From a virus (Duplodnaviria; Caudoviricetes), in the IMG/VR virus record IMGVR_UViG_3300025770_000066, positions 1 through 30,496 of that record: 30,496 nucleotides of DNA. One strand, 5' to 3'. The notes under the pieces are model-generated. The model made no database searches and had not been told where the DNA came from. It was given only the letters and a program-made list of their open reading frames with translations. Position numbers and translations under genes: made by a program. Positions 9,859 to 18,750 of this stretch are shown here, one piece after another; the stretch's first letter is position 1; every line of letters begins with the position of its first letter.

Positions 9859-12800
9859 TGACAACAGCAAAGAAAATAACAGAAAACCCTAAGACTACAG
9901 ATGTTATCCTGTTTGAATTGGAAACACCTGATAGCTCAAATTGTTTTACCGCTGATCCGTTCAAAGTAGACAATGTAACCATCTACTTTGTAGAGCGAGA
10001 TTTTCTGGGAACAAATTTTGGGGAATATGATAGTTCGGCTCAAGATGAAGACCTTGTAGTCGCTGTTCAAGTTGCGCAAGAAACATTTTGCGGAGATCCT
10101 ACAGTTGCTAACAAAAAACTGTTAGATGAAGCTCAAGCAAATCTAGCTGCCACAACACAAGTCAGCAAGTTCTTTTACAAAGAAAGAACTCCTGTAGAAA
10201 TTGTGGGGACAAGCGACTTCCCAGCTTGGCTTTCTACAGACACAACCAATGCGTACTTGGATTTAGTTCCAGAAGACGCTGATGGCAATCCACAATTTGG
10301 TCACTTTACATATGAGTGGCATCCAATGGGAAAGGTCCGTGAAGGGGACTATTTCATCTGTTGGACTTGGACTCCACTTCCAGCAGGAAGCAGCTTGTCT
10401 GCCCATTTGCCATTCAAAATTGATGGTGATCCACGTGCAGTAACATCAATTCCAACGCATGTTACAGCAACGGATAAATACGAGATACTGTTGGAGAGAT
10501 ACCTTCCAGAGATGTATAAAAATGTCATATGCGAAGGAGACCTAACTCCAGAATCTACTGATAAACTGAATCAAGCTGTTGCCGAGGGATTCACCTTCCT
10601 TGAAAACTTGACAAATCAAATCATCGACTTGTTTGATGCGAATGCCTTACATGAATCGATGCTCGCATATTTGTCTAATTTGTTTGATGTCAGGTTAAGG
10701 TCTTCCGATCCTACGCTTTGGCGTCGTCAAATCAAAGAAGCCATACCTGTGTTCAAGAAAAAAGGAACTCTTGAAGGTCTGGAAGATGCTTATTCAATGT
10801 GTGGAATGGAGTTAAACAAATACACTCAATTTTGGCAATTGACATCCCCTTATACATGGGAAGAATCTTTTGACGTTGATGGCACAGATGATACAGTGTT
10901 CCAGCTAGAGAAAGATAATATCGTTCTTCCAATTGACGATGCAAATTTTGCATTATACTTAAGGGAAGAAGGCTCTAGCACATATACTGTTTTGACCAAA
11001 GATTATGTCAGTTTTTCAGTGGAAGATTGTATTGTAAAAATGACATGGATTGGAGAGCAACTATCAAGCCCTCTTACCATAATCAAAGGAGATATTCTTA
11101 GAGTCAAATACGAATACAAAGAAGTTCCTGACCCTTCAGAACAAACTCTTCAAGATTACATTCTTTCATTGCCTCTTCAAGACCAAAGAGACGAAGGCAG
11201 TCAAAAGTATCCTCCCAAAAATTGGAATGTAAGATTGATCGACGAGGAAGATCCATTGTTTGATGTTCTTATACCTGTAAGACATCCTTTTGCTGATCCA
11301 ATTGTGTTCGGATTCATTAGAACTGAATTCCCATATTCAGAAAACATCTACAACATGGAAGAATATAATGGAAGCACTCGTCCATCATTTGATGCCTGTC
11401 AAATAAATCGTGATTTCCTTGATCCATGTGGCGCTTGTATAAGCAGTAGTTACATGGTTGATGTTGGTATAGAAGAATTGAACAATGATAGGCTGATAGA
11501 GGCACAAGATATTTTAGATGAATACATGCCATTTCATGCACAACTTCATTCAATCAACTTCTCTGGAGATGTTAATGAATTTGTTCAATCTCCCACAGAA
11601 GAAATTGAAGTTCTAGTTAACATGGACTTCACACAATACATTCTATCTGGCCAATCCAATCCTTTCTTTAACAGAATAATGGACCAAGGATTGCCCGGTC
11701 AATCATTCGTAGTCGATAGAGATGATTTGGCAACCAAGACCACGGTGCTTTCTGGGAAGTTAGGAACTGGGTATAACGATCACGTTGCTTTCATTTCCCC
11801 AGACATAGAACTTGATGGATTGGGTATTGCTGTGTTCAATCACATTTTAGAAGTTCTTGCACCTTCTCCAAACGCTGGCACGTACACCTTGGGAGAAACA
11901 AACAATAGGCTAGATGGTAATCCACACGTTGCAAGACTAAGTGGCGGTGCCATTGAACCATTAAACGAATCTCCTTTTACATTCAATTTATGGAACATCC
12001 TATTTAAGCAAAGCATTGCGGACATCACTCAAGATGACTTGTTCGAGTTCTCAGACAGCAGTGTTGACTTCTCCTCTCTCGGCGTGAAAAGCCAATGGGA
12101 TTCCACTCATACTCCAGATTACACTGGAGGAGCATGGAAGGTTTTGATTCCATCATTAGACTCCACAGCTTATGAAATAGAAGATGTGCAAAATGGAGTT
12201 CTTGTTTTGGAAAGCAGAAGCACTTTGCCCACAATAGACACAACTGGTATCACTTATGCTCTTCTCAACGATCTTGATGCAACAATAGATTCAGGAACAA
12301 CTGGAGACCTAGATGTAACAAGACGTGGGTTTGTAAACCTTAAAGCACCTGATCTTGCAGTGGATAGAGATAAATTCATTTTGGCCGGTGACTTCCTACA
12401 TTATGATAATGATGGACTGGACTATGAAATACTGGAATTCCAAGATCCAGACAAGTTATGGATCGCCGGATGGACAGATGGCGATGTTGTTGGAACTAGC
12501 ATAGATACAAGAAGAAAATTGGTGGATAAAGCAATTGGCCTATTTGGGTACAAAGGCTTACATTTAACTACATTCAGCGACCACGAACAAGAATTCAATA
12601 TCATTAACGGAACTAATCCAGTAGCTCCTCTTACAGATGAAGATAGATTCAAAGAAAACTTCTTGTTTAAGATAGGCAATGATTTTTACAGAATTCAAGA
12701 ATGGGATGGAGTAGAAGTAGTTTTGGCTGGTAAAGAACAAAATTGGACCACATTGATTGCGGGAGGGACTGCGGTAGCTTACTCGCTAGTTCAGTTAACC

Positions 12801-13022
12801 AAAAATTCATTCAATGTTGGATTAACAGTTTTTGATCATTTAGATCGTGATGGTAAAGATGTAATTATTAGAGAAATATTAGATCAAGTGGATCAAAACA
12901 CTGCAATTGTTGCTTTATCAACAAATCCGGGAAGTGGAATGGAAGAGAATGTTTCTGCTGAAGAAAGCATCTCATTCGTGATAGAAACATTAGATGGAGA
13001 GACTCAGGAAGGTGAAATATGA
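9858..13022 (+). CDS. Large baseplate wedge protein with a P2 gpI / T4 gp7-like domain and long extensions
   Basis: YLPEMY..., LAYLSNLF, WRRQIKEAIPVFKKKGTLEGLE and EYMPFHAQL match the tail protein I-type core; TAATG-coupled to gp6. Confidence 0.75.
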   Translation: MTTAKKITENPKTTDVILFELETPDSSNCFTADPFKVDNVTIYFVERDFLGTNFGEYDSSAQDEDLVVAVQVAQETFCGDPTVANKKLLDEAQANLAATTQVSKFFYKERTPVEIVGTSDFPAWLSTDTTNAYLDLVPEDADGNPQFGHFTYEWHPMGKVREGDYFICWTWTPLPAGSSLSAHLPFKIDGDPRAVTSIPTHVTATDKYEILLERYLPEMYKNVICEGDLTPESTDKLNQAVAEGFTFLENLTNQIIDLFDANALHESMLAYLSNLFDVRLRSSDPTLWRRQIKEAIPVFKKKGTLEGLEDAYSMCGMELNKYTQFWQLTSPYTWEESFDVDGTDDTVFQLEKDNIVLPIDDANFALYLREEGSSTYTVLTKDYVSFSVEDCIVKMTWIGEQLSSPLTIIKGDILRVKYEYKEVPDPSEQTLQDYILSLPLQDQRDEGSQKYPPKNWNVRLIDEEDPLFDVLIPVRHPFADPIVFGFIRTEFPYSENIYNMEEYNGSTRPSFDACQINRDFLDPCGACISSSYMVDVGIEELNNDRLIEAQDILDEYMPFHAQLHSINFSGDVNEFVQSPTEEIEVLVNMDFTQYILSGQSNPFFNRIMDQGLPGQSFVVDRDDLATKTTVLSGKLGTGYNDHVAFISPDIELDGLGIAVFNHILEVLAPSPNAGTYTLGETNNRLDGNPHVARLSGGAIEPLNESPFTFNLWNILFKQSIADITQDDLFEFSDSSVDFSSLGVKSQWDSTHTPDYTGGAWKVLIPSLDSTAYEIEDVQNGVLVLESRSTLPTIDTTGITYALLNDLDATIDSGTTGDLDVTRRGFVNLKAPDLAVDRDKFILAGDFLHYDNDGLDYEILEFQDPDKLWIAGWTDGDVVGTSIDTRRKLVDKAIGLFGYKGLHLTTFSDHEQEFNIINGTNPVAPLTDEDRFKENFLFKIGNDFYRIQEWDGVEVVLAGKEQNWTTLIAGGTAVAYSLVQLTKNSFNVGLTVFDHLDRDGKDVIIREILDQVDQNTAIVALSTNPGSGMEENVSAEESISFVIETLDGETQEGEI

Positions 13023-13492
13023 TTAAAGAAGCAGTAAAGTCCCAAGGTGAAGTAGACATCTGCATTGAATACAAAGATGGCGATGGGGAAATGATAACAG
13101 TTCATAACACAGTGTTAACAACTGGTCGTCTTGCACTTGCCAATGGTCTCGCCAACCAGATTGGCAGCAGCTTTGACTTCTATGTCACCAGAATGATTTT
13201 TGGAGATGCAGGAACAACTGGCGGGGTCAAGAAAGTAGTAAATGCTGGAAGAAATGGTCTTTTTGGCGTCACTCAAGTATCTAAGCCAGCGTTGGCTAAT
13301 TCAGATACCTCTGTGACTGCACAGGTCATCTTCACGTCCGTTATTCTGTTTAGTGAAGGGGTTGGGCTAACATTGAATGAGATGGCCCTACAGATGGCAA
13401 ATGGCGATCTCTTTAGCATGACAACATTTCCTGATCTAAATAAGACATCAGATATGCAAATAACATTTAATTGGCGTCTTAATTTCATCTAA
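13019..13492 (+). CDS. Baseplate / tail-fibre attachment protein (gp8 or collar-like)
   Basis: HNTVLTTGR..LA, LNEMAL...GDLFS..TFP.LNKT..QITFNWRL is a pattern seen in tail-collar/fibre-anchoring domains. ATGA overlap with the preceding gene. Confidence 0.6.
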   Translation: MIKEAVKSQGEVDICIEYKDGDGEMITVHNTVLTTGRLALANGLANQIGSSFDFYVTRMIFGDAGTTGGVKKVVNAGRNGLFGVTQVSKPALANSDTSVTAQVIFTSVILFSEGVGLTLNEMALQMANGDLFSMTTFPDLNKTSDMQITFNWRLNFI

Positions 13493-13501
13493 AAAAATTA
13501 C

Positions 13502-13530
13502 TTGACAAATATTTGTAATTATCATACTAT
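13502..13530 (+). promoter_or_regulatory. Sigma70-type promoter: -35 TTGACA (13502-13507), 17-bp spacer, -10 TACTAT (13525-13530)
   Basis: Perfect -35, optimal spacing, an A-tract upstream and RBS AAGGAG at 13540-13545 before the ATG at 13552, in a 59-bp gap. Confidence 0.7.
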
Positions 13531-13551
13531 ACTATCTTTAAGGAGAAAGTT

Positions 13552-14562
13552 ATGCTTAATGATAAACAAGAACAAATTTTTGTAGGGTCTATGTTGGGAG
13601 ATGGTTGTATAAGCAAAAATTTTTCAAATGAAGGATTATGTAGATTTGAAAAAGGACAATCAAAGAAGGATTTTGTTGGCGAAGATAAATTGTCATATAT
13701 GAATTGGATGAAGCAAGAGTTTGATGAATTTAGCACTTCGGTAATTGAGAGTTCTATAAAATCATCAGGAATAGTTAAAGAAATTAGCGGTGATAAAACT
13801 TATGACAGATATAACTTTTATACAAAAAGTCTTAAATTGTGGGAAATACTCGAAGCCGAATGGTACGTCCTACGCACCGATCACAAATGGTATAAGAGAA
13901 CCAAAATAGTCCCACGAGACATCAAGTTAACTCCGCTCACACTTTGTGTATGGCACATGGATGATGGATCAGTAAATCCAAAAGATGCCAATATTGAGTT
14001 GAACACACAAGGGTTTTCAGTTGAGGAAGTGGACTTTCTCATAGAAAGGATTAACAAAGACCTCAGTATCAAGAGCCACAAAAAGAAAGGCCGCAAGAAA
14101 AGCCAATACAAAATTTACATTGGCAGAGATCATTACTTTGATTTCATGGAAATGATCAAGCCGCATATTGAGTGGGACTGCTTTAAGTACAAGGTTGACA
14201 CAGAAACTTACGACAAGAAACCCCACCAAGGAGAAACACATTCTTTGTCAAAACTTACAAAAAAGAATATCAAACAAATCTTCAAGCTGCGAGACAAAGG
14301 ATGGTTGCAGAAGAAGATTGCCAACAAACTCGGAATATCACAAGCCAATGTATCTGTGATACTTTCTGGAGATCGTTGGTCCCATCTTGGAACAAAGAGG
14401 GATGTTATTAGAAAACCTCGTCTCACAAAAGAAATGAAGTCCCAAATTGTTCTGTTAAAGGAGGATGGGGTTTTTCAAAAAGCTATTGCTGAAAGACTAA
14501 ATATCAATCAGAGCACAGTATCTCGTGTTCTGAAGGAGAACCATTGCCACGTATTGAACTAA
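13552..14562 (+). CDS. Free-standing LAGLIDADG homing endonuclease (two-motif, I-SceI-like) with two C-terminal HTH domains
   Basis: Motifs FVGSMLGDGCI and LTPLTLCVWHMDDGS, plus LNTQGFS.EEV..L. C-terminal GETHSLSKLT...QKKIANKLGISQANVS and QKAIAERLNINQSTVSRVL are HTH-like. Confidence 0.88.
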   Translation: MLNDKQEQIFVGSMLGDGCISKNFSNEGLCRFEKGQSKKDFVGEDKLSYMNWMKQEFDEFSTSVIESSIKSSGIVKEISGDKTYDRYNFYTKSLKLWEILEAEWYVLRTDHKWYKRTKIVPRDIKLTPLTLCVWHMDDGSVNPKDANIELNTQGFSVEEVDFLIERINKDLSIKSHKKKGRKKSQYKIYIGRDHYFDFMEMIKPHIEWDCFKYKVDTETYDKKPHQGETHSLSKLTKKNIKQIFKLRDKGWLQKKIANKLGISQANVSVILSGDRWSHLGTKRDVIRKPRLTKEMKSQIVLLKEDGVFQKAIAERLNINQSTVSRVLKENHCHVLN

Positions 14563-15323
14563 TCCCAGAAGTGTTGTATCAACCCAATGATCCGTATCAT
14601 TGGGAGATAGACAATCTACCGTTAAAGAACATTATCACTCGCCAAAATCTCATTAACTTGGCCTTAGACGATGTTCTTGAAGAAATGCGAGACGCTATTG
14701 GCACAGCCGGTTCTGTGGCAAATCGTCTTAATCAATCAATAGAGCAAGATGGAAGTCTTAAAGCAACTGCTATTGATGCGACATTGCACAACATTGAAGA
14801 TCACACAGATGGATCAGCATTTGTAAGAATGTCATCAGCACAATCGGCCAAAGTAGACTTAGTTGCGGATGAAGCGACAGATTTGGCCTTGCGCATAAAC
14901 TCAGATGGTAGTAGTCTACTTACATTCGATAGTGGCACGGTTAAAATTGAACCGACGAGTACAATTACTCCCTCTATCGAAGCACCAGATATCCTTAAAT
15001 TTCACATGACGTTCCCGGCCAGTGCTGCTCATCAGCATAACTATGGAAAAACCCCGGTACACGTCAATCTGGTGACTCCAGACTACATCAATTACAAAGT
15101 CAACTCTGTTGCCTCTGCATACATTGATGAGTCTTTAAGAATTGTAATCAATGGAGTCAGAATCTTTGAAGATGATAGCGTTTATATTCCGGGTCCGCTT
15201 GTTGATGATCCATGGACATTGATTGCTTTCACATCTGATTCCACCAACGGCACATTCGAATTGTCAACGGCTATCACAGATGATGATATCATAAAAGTCG
15301 ATTATGACATCTCGCTTGTCTAA
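14544..15323 (+). CDS. Putative virion structural protein
   Basis: TTG start with RBS aaggag at 14533-14538. PYHWEIDNLPLKNI N-terminus, a helical segment, then a beta-rich C-terminus (SLRIVINGVRI...DDIIKVDY). Structural-module context. Confidence 0.55.
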   Translation: MPRIELIPEVLYQPNDPYHWEIDNLPLKNIITRQNLINLALDDVLEEMRDAIGTAGSVANRLNQSIEQDGSLKATAIDATLHNIEDHTDGSAFVRMSSAQSAKVDLVADEATDLALRINSDGSSLLTFDSGTVKIEPTSTITPSIEAPDILKFHMTFPASAAHQHNYGKTPVHVNLVTPDYINYKVNSVASAYIDESLRIVINGVRIFEDDSVYIPGPLVDDPWTLIAFTSDSTNGTFELSTAITDDDIIKVDYDISLV

Positions 15324-15337
15324 GAAGAAAGTTAATC

Positions 15338-15871
15338 ATGGATGTAGGATTTATCATCCTTTGCCCCGACAGAAATTCTGGGGGTTTAAGGAATAGCGTA
15401 GGAGGTGTACGTCACCATTCATACGACAGAGAGTCTATCGCTGTCGTACCGGGAGACACAACTCCTAAAGAAGTCAAGGAAATGAAAGAGCATTGTCCTG
15501 TTTGGAAGGGCAAAGACACAATTACCAGTCTTGTTAATGTTGGAATGAAGCGTGTTAAGAGTGAATGGGGATTTATCATGTTTGCAGGAAGTAGAATTCC
15601 TGCTTTCTTAGAAAGAAAGTTTGCAACATTTGCAACAAGCGAAAAAGACATCTTGTTTCCAGTTGTAGAAAAACGCTATGATTTCATATCTGGATCATTT
15701 AATGGAGTTCTAATAAACAGGGACTTCTTTAAGAAGGTTGGAAACTTCACAGAAGGTGCGTTGGAAAAGCAAGGAATGAATGATTTCGAAATGGCAAAGT
15801 TCTTGTGGACTGCTGCCGCTTTGGAACATGATGCTAAATTTAAGGGAATAGTAGGAATGAGGGTGATATGA
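15338..15871 (+). CDS. Hypothetical protein, possibly a degenerate GT-A (GT2-like) glycosyltransferase fold
   Basis: VGFIIL start, SLVNVGMKRVKSEWGFIM and GVLINRDFFKKVGNF resemble GT2 patterns, but there is no DxD motif. Confidence 0.45.
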   Translation: MDVGFIILCPDRNSGGLRNSVGGVRHHSYDRESIAVVPGDTTPKEVKEMKEHCPVWKGKDTITSLVNVGMKRVKSEWGFIMFAGSRIPAFLERKFATFATSEKDILFPVVEKRYDFISGSFNGVLINRDFFKKVGNFTEGALEKQGMNDFEMAKFLWTAAALEHDAKFKGIVGMRVI

Positions 15872-16347
15872 CTTCGAGAGGTTTTAATTTAACCTTTCAA
15901 ATGTTTCAGGAAGAAACTGCTATCACAGAAAGACTTGCAGTTGAGTCATTTGAATTAGAATGGGAAGTAGACAGAATTGCAGAAATATCAGGAATGGAGC
16001 CGCCTCGTCATGTTGTGCAACAGATGAGATTTGGCGACTTACATTTTGTATTTCCAGAAGTGAATGAGTTGCCAAACGTAGCACTTCATTACGTAAGACC
16101 AGATGTTGCCATCCCACTAAATCCCAGACCTACAATTAAAGTAGAAATAGGCAGAAACAACTGGGTCGAATATCACGACACAACACTTGTGAGTCTGTCT
16201 TATTCCAATCACGAAGAAGGGCCACCCAAACTTGAGGCCACTTGGAGATTTAGAGATGCTTCTGGGACTATGCCCAGAAATCAAATGACTATTTCCAGAG
16301 AATTGCCGCCAATGCAAAAATTAGATTGGAAGCAACTAGGATTTTGA
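15868..16347 (+). CDS. Hypothetical protein ending in the shared C-terminal motif LDWKQLGF
   Basis: ATGA-coupled to the upstream gene; C-terminus matches that of three ORFs at 25.7-26.6 kb. Confidence 0.7.
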   Translation: MTSRGFNLTFQMFQEETAITERLAVESFELEWEVDRIAEISGMEPPRHVVQQMRFGDLHFVFPEVNELPNVALHYVRPDVAIPLNPRPTIKVEIGRNNWVEYHDTTLVSLSYSNHEEGPPKLEATWRFRDASGTMPRNQMTISRELPPMQKLDWKQLGF

Positions 16348-16953
16348 GTATTTGATCTTGTTCTCTTCGGCTCTACGCTCGATCTCACGCCTGATTAGAA
16401 CCCATTCGTCGCTGAGAGGCTTCTGTCCGCTGTCTAGCAACAGCAATTCATCAATTACGTCTTCCACTGTCTCATAGACATTGGTTTGATTGAGGGCCTT
16501 CTCAGGGTCATCCTCGGTGATCTTTTCAATAACATCAAATAACCAGCGAGGAAGATTGTATAAACCACCTTCACAGATGAAGAAAGCAGGTTTGTGCTGG
16601 TCTTCTCCCATGTAGACTTCGTTTCCAGTTCCCCATTGTGGAACGCTGGGATCAACCACAACTACTGAAAAATCAGACTGGTCAACAAACCGTAGGTCAA
16701 ATCTTCTGTATTTTCCTACATATTGTTGTAATTCCTTAAACCTACCACCAGATTGCAAATCAACTTGCGTTGCTTTGTCTTCGCCCATTTTGATGTCTTT
16801 GCCACCCGGCTTGTCTGTTGGGTCGATTAAAGCAACATCAAGTTCAGCTTCATACACCAAACGTGTAAATTTTCGACGCCATTCCACACCGTGATCGGCA
16901 ACATATTCCATTGGGCCTGACAAATAACCCCAAGCACCGTCTAAAAGTCCCAT
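16336..16953 (-). CDS. Nucleoside 2-deoxyribosyltransferase-like / DNPH1(RCL)-type N-glycosidase
   Basis: YLSGPM, WR, DP, DLRFVDQSDFSVVVVD and GTGNE..KP motifs. Start moved from the track's 16992 to the ATG at 16953, which has RBS AAAGGAG (16962-16968). Confidence 0.72.
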   Translation of the reverse strand: MGLLDGAWGYLSGPMEYVADHGVEWRRKFTRLVYEAELDVALIDPTDKPGGKDIKMGEDKATQVDLQSGGRFKELQQYVGKYRRFDLRFVDQSDFSVVVVDPSVPQWGTGNEVYMGEDQHKPAFFICEGGLYNLPRWLFDVIEKITEDDPEKALNQTNVYETVEDVIDELLLLDSGQKPLSDEWVLIRREIERRAEENKIKYSKS

Positions 16954-17004
16954 TAGTTTCACTCCTTTATGTAACACACAACATAATCCCACAGCGGAGG
17001 AATA

Positions 17005-17712
17005 ATGTCAACAGAAATTATCGAACAAACAAACAAAATCTTAAAGAATGCAGAGATGCCAGATCGTCATACTTTCTTTCAGATCGAAAAATTCATTGTA
17101 GGCAAAGAACCTACGGCACAGGGTCAATTATGGCAGATTACCCGTGAATTACAAGCCCGAAGTGAAACAGTAGAGTCCTATAAGAGAGACCTTGCTGATG
17201 CTGAAGACAATCTTGAACTATTCGACATCAGGATTGAAAGACTTAATAGAGAAATACGGGATTTTGCAGATGATTCAGAGTTGGACTTAAATATTCAAGA
17301 AAATGAGATAAATATAAGGAAGCTACAAAGAGAGAAAGAAGCTCTTGTGAAATCATCAAGAAAAGTTAACAACAAACTCAAATGCGTTTTGGAAGAAATG
17401 GGGTTTCTTGCTGCTGGATACGAGAAAATTGTGGAGCTTGTCGGAGAAGTCAAATCTTTAGACGATGAGTCTGCACAAAAAGAATATTGGAATGAAAGAT
17501 TGTTGGAAGAATTCAATCTTAGAATCATTCTTAAGCGTCCTCTCGATCCCGATTTTGTTAAAACTGTAATGTCACTTCACGATGATGCTGTTGTCAAAAA
17601 ACATGTCACAGCAGCACTGGAAAATGTACAACAACAAATGATTGCACAAAGACAATCATTGCCTGAAGAAAAAAGACCTAAAGCAGAAGCGAAAGCACAC
17701 ACGCAAGGATAA
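17005..17712 (+). CDS. Coiled-coil protein, possibly a tail fibre-associated chaperone
   Basis: RBS ggagg. FQIEKFIVG..PT..QLWQ..REL..R followed by long Glu/Lys/Leu heptads. Directly precedes the PKD-domain genes; the function is an inference. Confidence 0.5.
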   Translation: MSTEIIEQTNKILKNAEMPDRHTFFQIEKFIVGKEPTAQGQLWQITRELQARSETVESYKRDLADAEDNLELFDIRIERLNREIRDFADDSELDLNIQENEINIRKLQREKEALVKSSRKVNNKLKCVLEEMGFLAAGYEKIVELVGEVKSLDDESAQKEYWNERLLEEFNLRIILKRPLDPDFVKTVMSLHDDAVVKKHVTAALENVQQQMIAQRQSLPEEKRPKAEAKAHTQG

Positions 17713-17715
17713 AAT

Positions 17716-18741
17716 ATGGCAGACAAGATTTCGAGTTTAGATTCTGGATACTCAACAGGAGATTTATCTTTATTCCCTGATGTGATTGATGATAAAGAAG
17801 TTCTTTATGAAGCCACCAATAACTCCAAAATGCCTCTCAAACATTCAGTGACTTATTCTGCCAGTCAAATCATAGTAGATAGCACAGAAGGATTCCCAGA
17901 TGATGGCATTATAAGAATTGGTCCAGATATTGGAGTCGCTGGAAACCATGAGTTGATTTACTACGGGAAGAAAACCAATAACACATTCCAAGATTTGATT
18001 AGAGGGTTTGCTGGATCAAGACAAACCAAATTCTTAAAAGGAAAGAACTTTGTTACAAACTCAGTGGTCGCTGAGCATCACAACGCAGTCAAGGATGCAA
18101 TCATTAAGATAGAAGCGGACCTTGGAATCAAAGTTGGTCCTGTTGCAACTTCTTTGAATGGAATTTTGAAACAGCAAGAAAATAGGTTTCTCGCTCCCAA
18201 ACCTTTGTTTAGAGCATTCCCAATTAGAGGGGATGCACCTATGAAAGTTAGGTTTCAAAATTTTTCTACAGGTCACGTTGTAAGATACTTATGGGACTTT
18301 GGAGATGGCGGATCATCTTTAGAAAAAAGTCCAACTCACACATATCTTACAGAAGGCGAATACACAGTAAAGTTGAATGTTGTGACTTCAACAGGGGCAC
18401 AAGGAGTAGTAACAAAGAAAGGATACATAATCATCGACAACGATGAATCAGTTCCGTTCTTTTATGTAGACTCAATAAGCAATCCATACTCTGTTGAAAC
18501 TGCTACAAATATGGCTACTGATCCTAAAGAGTTTGTGTTTGTTGATCAGTCTGATGGAGATGTAGTTCAAAGGAACTGGGTGTTTGGAGATGGCCAATCA
18601 ACAACAGTAGAGGATTCGGACTTTCATGATGTAACACACATTTATAGCAAGCCCGGAGAATACTTTGTAACTGAATTGATTCAGTTTGCAAATGGAAGAT
18701 TGAAAAGAATACAACTCAAAGACCCTTTGGTTGTTCTATAA
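17716..18741 (+). CDS. PKD-domain virion protein (two PKD-like domains)
   Basis: PMKVRFQNFSTG...YLWDFGDG....KSPTHTY...GEYTVKL and FVDQSDG...WVFGDG...HIYSKPGEY. Confidence 0.85.
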   Translation: MADKISSLDSGYSTGDLSLFPDVIDDKEVLYEATNNSKMPLKHSVTYSASQIIVDSTEGFPDDGIIRIGPDIGVAGNHELIYYGKKTNNTFQDLIRGFAGSRQTKFLKGKNFVTNSVVAEHHNAVKDAIIKIEADLGIKVGPVATSLNGILKQQENRFLAPKPLFRAFPIRGDAPMKVRFQNFSTGHVVRYLWDFGDGGSSLEKSPTHTYLTEGEYTVKLNVVTSTGAQGVVTKKGYIIIDNDESVPFFYVDSISNPYSVETATNMATDPKEFVFVDQSDGDVVQRNWVFGDGQSTTVEDSDFHDVTHIYSKPGEYFVTELIQFANGRLKRIQLKDPLVVL

Positions 18742-18750
18742 GGAGAAAGA

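Noticed and set aside
2740-13492. Bacterial extracellular contractile injection system or T6SS locus
   Set aside because: The T4-like long gp6/gp7 wedge genes, tape-measure-like gene, free-standing homing endonucleases, gp23-like fragment and absence of cellular housekeeping or T6SS membrane genes fit a large phage better. This is not formally excluded without the rest of the contig.
13552-14562. LAGLIDADG gene as part of an intein or group I intron
   Set aside because: It has its own RBS, start and stop, no intein C1/HN-terminal motifs, intact flanking genes and too little flanking non-coding sequence for a ribozyme core.
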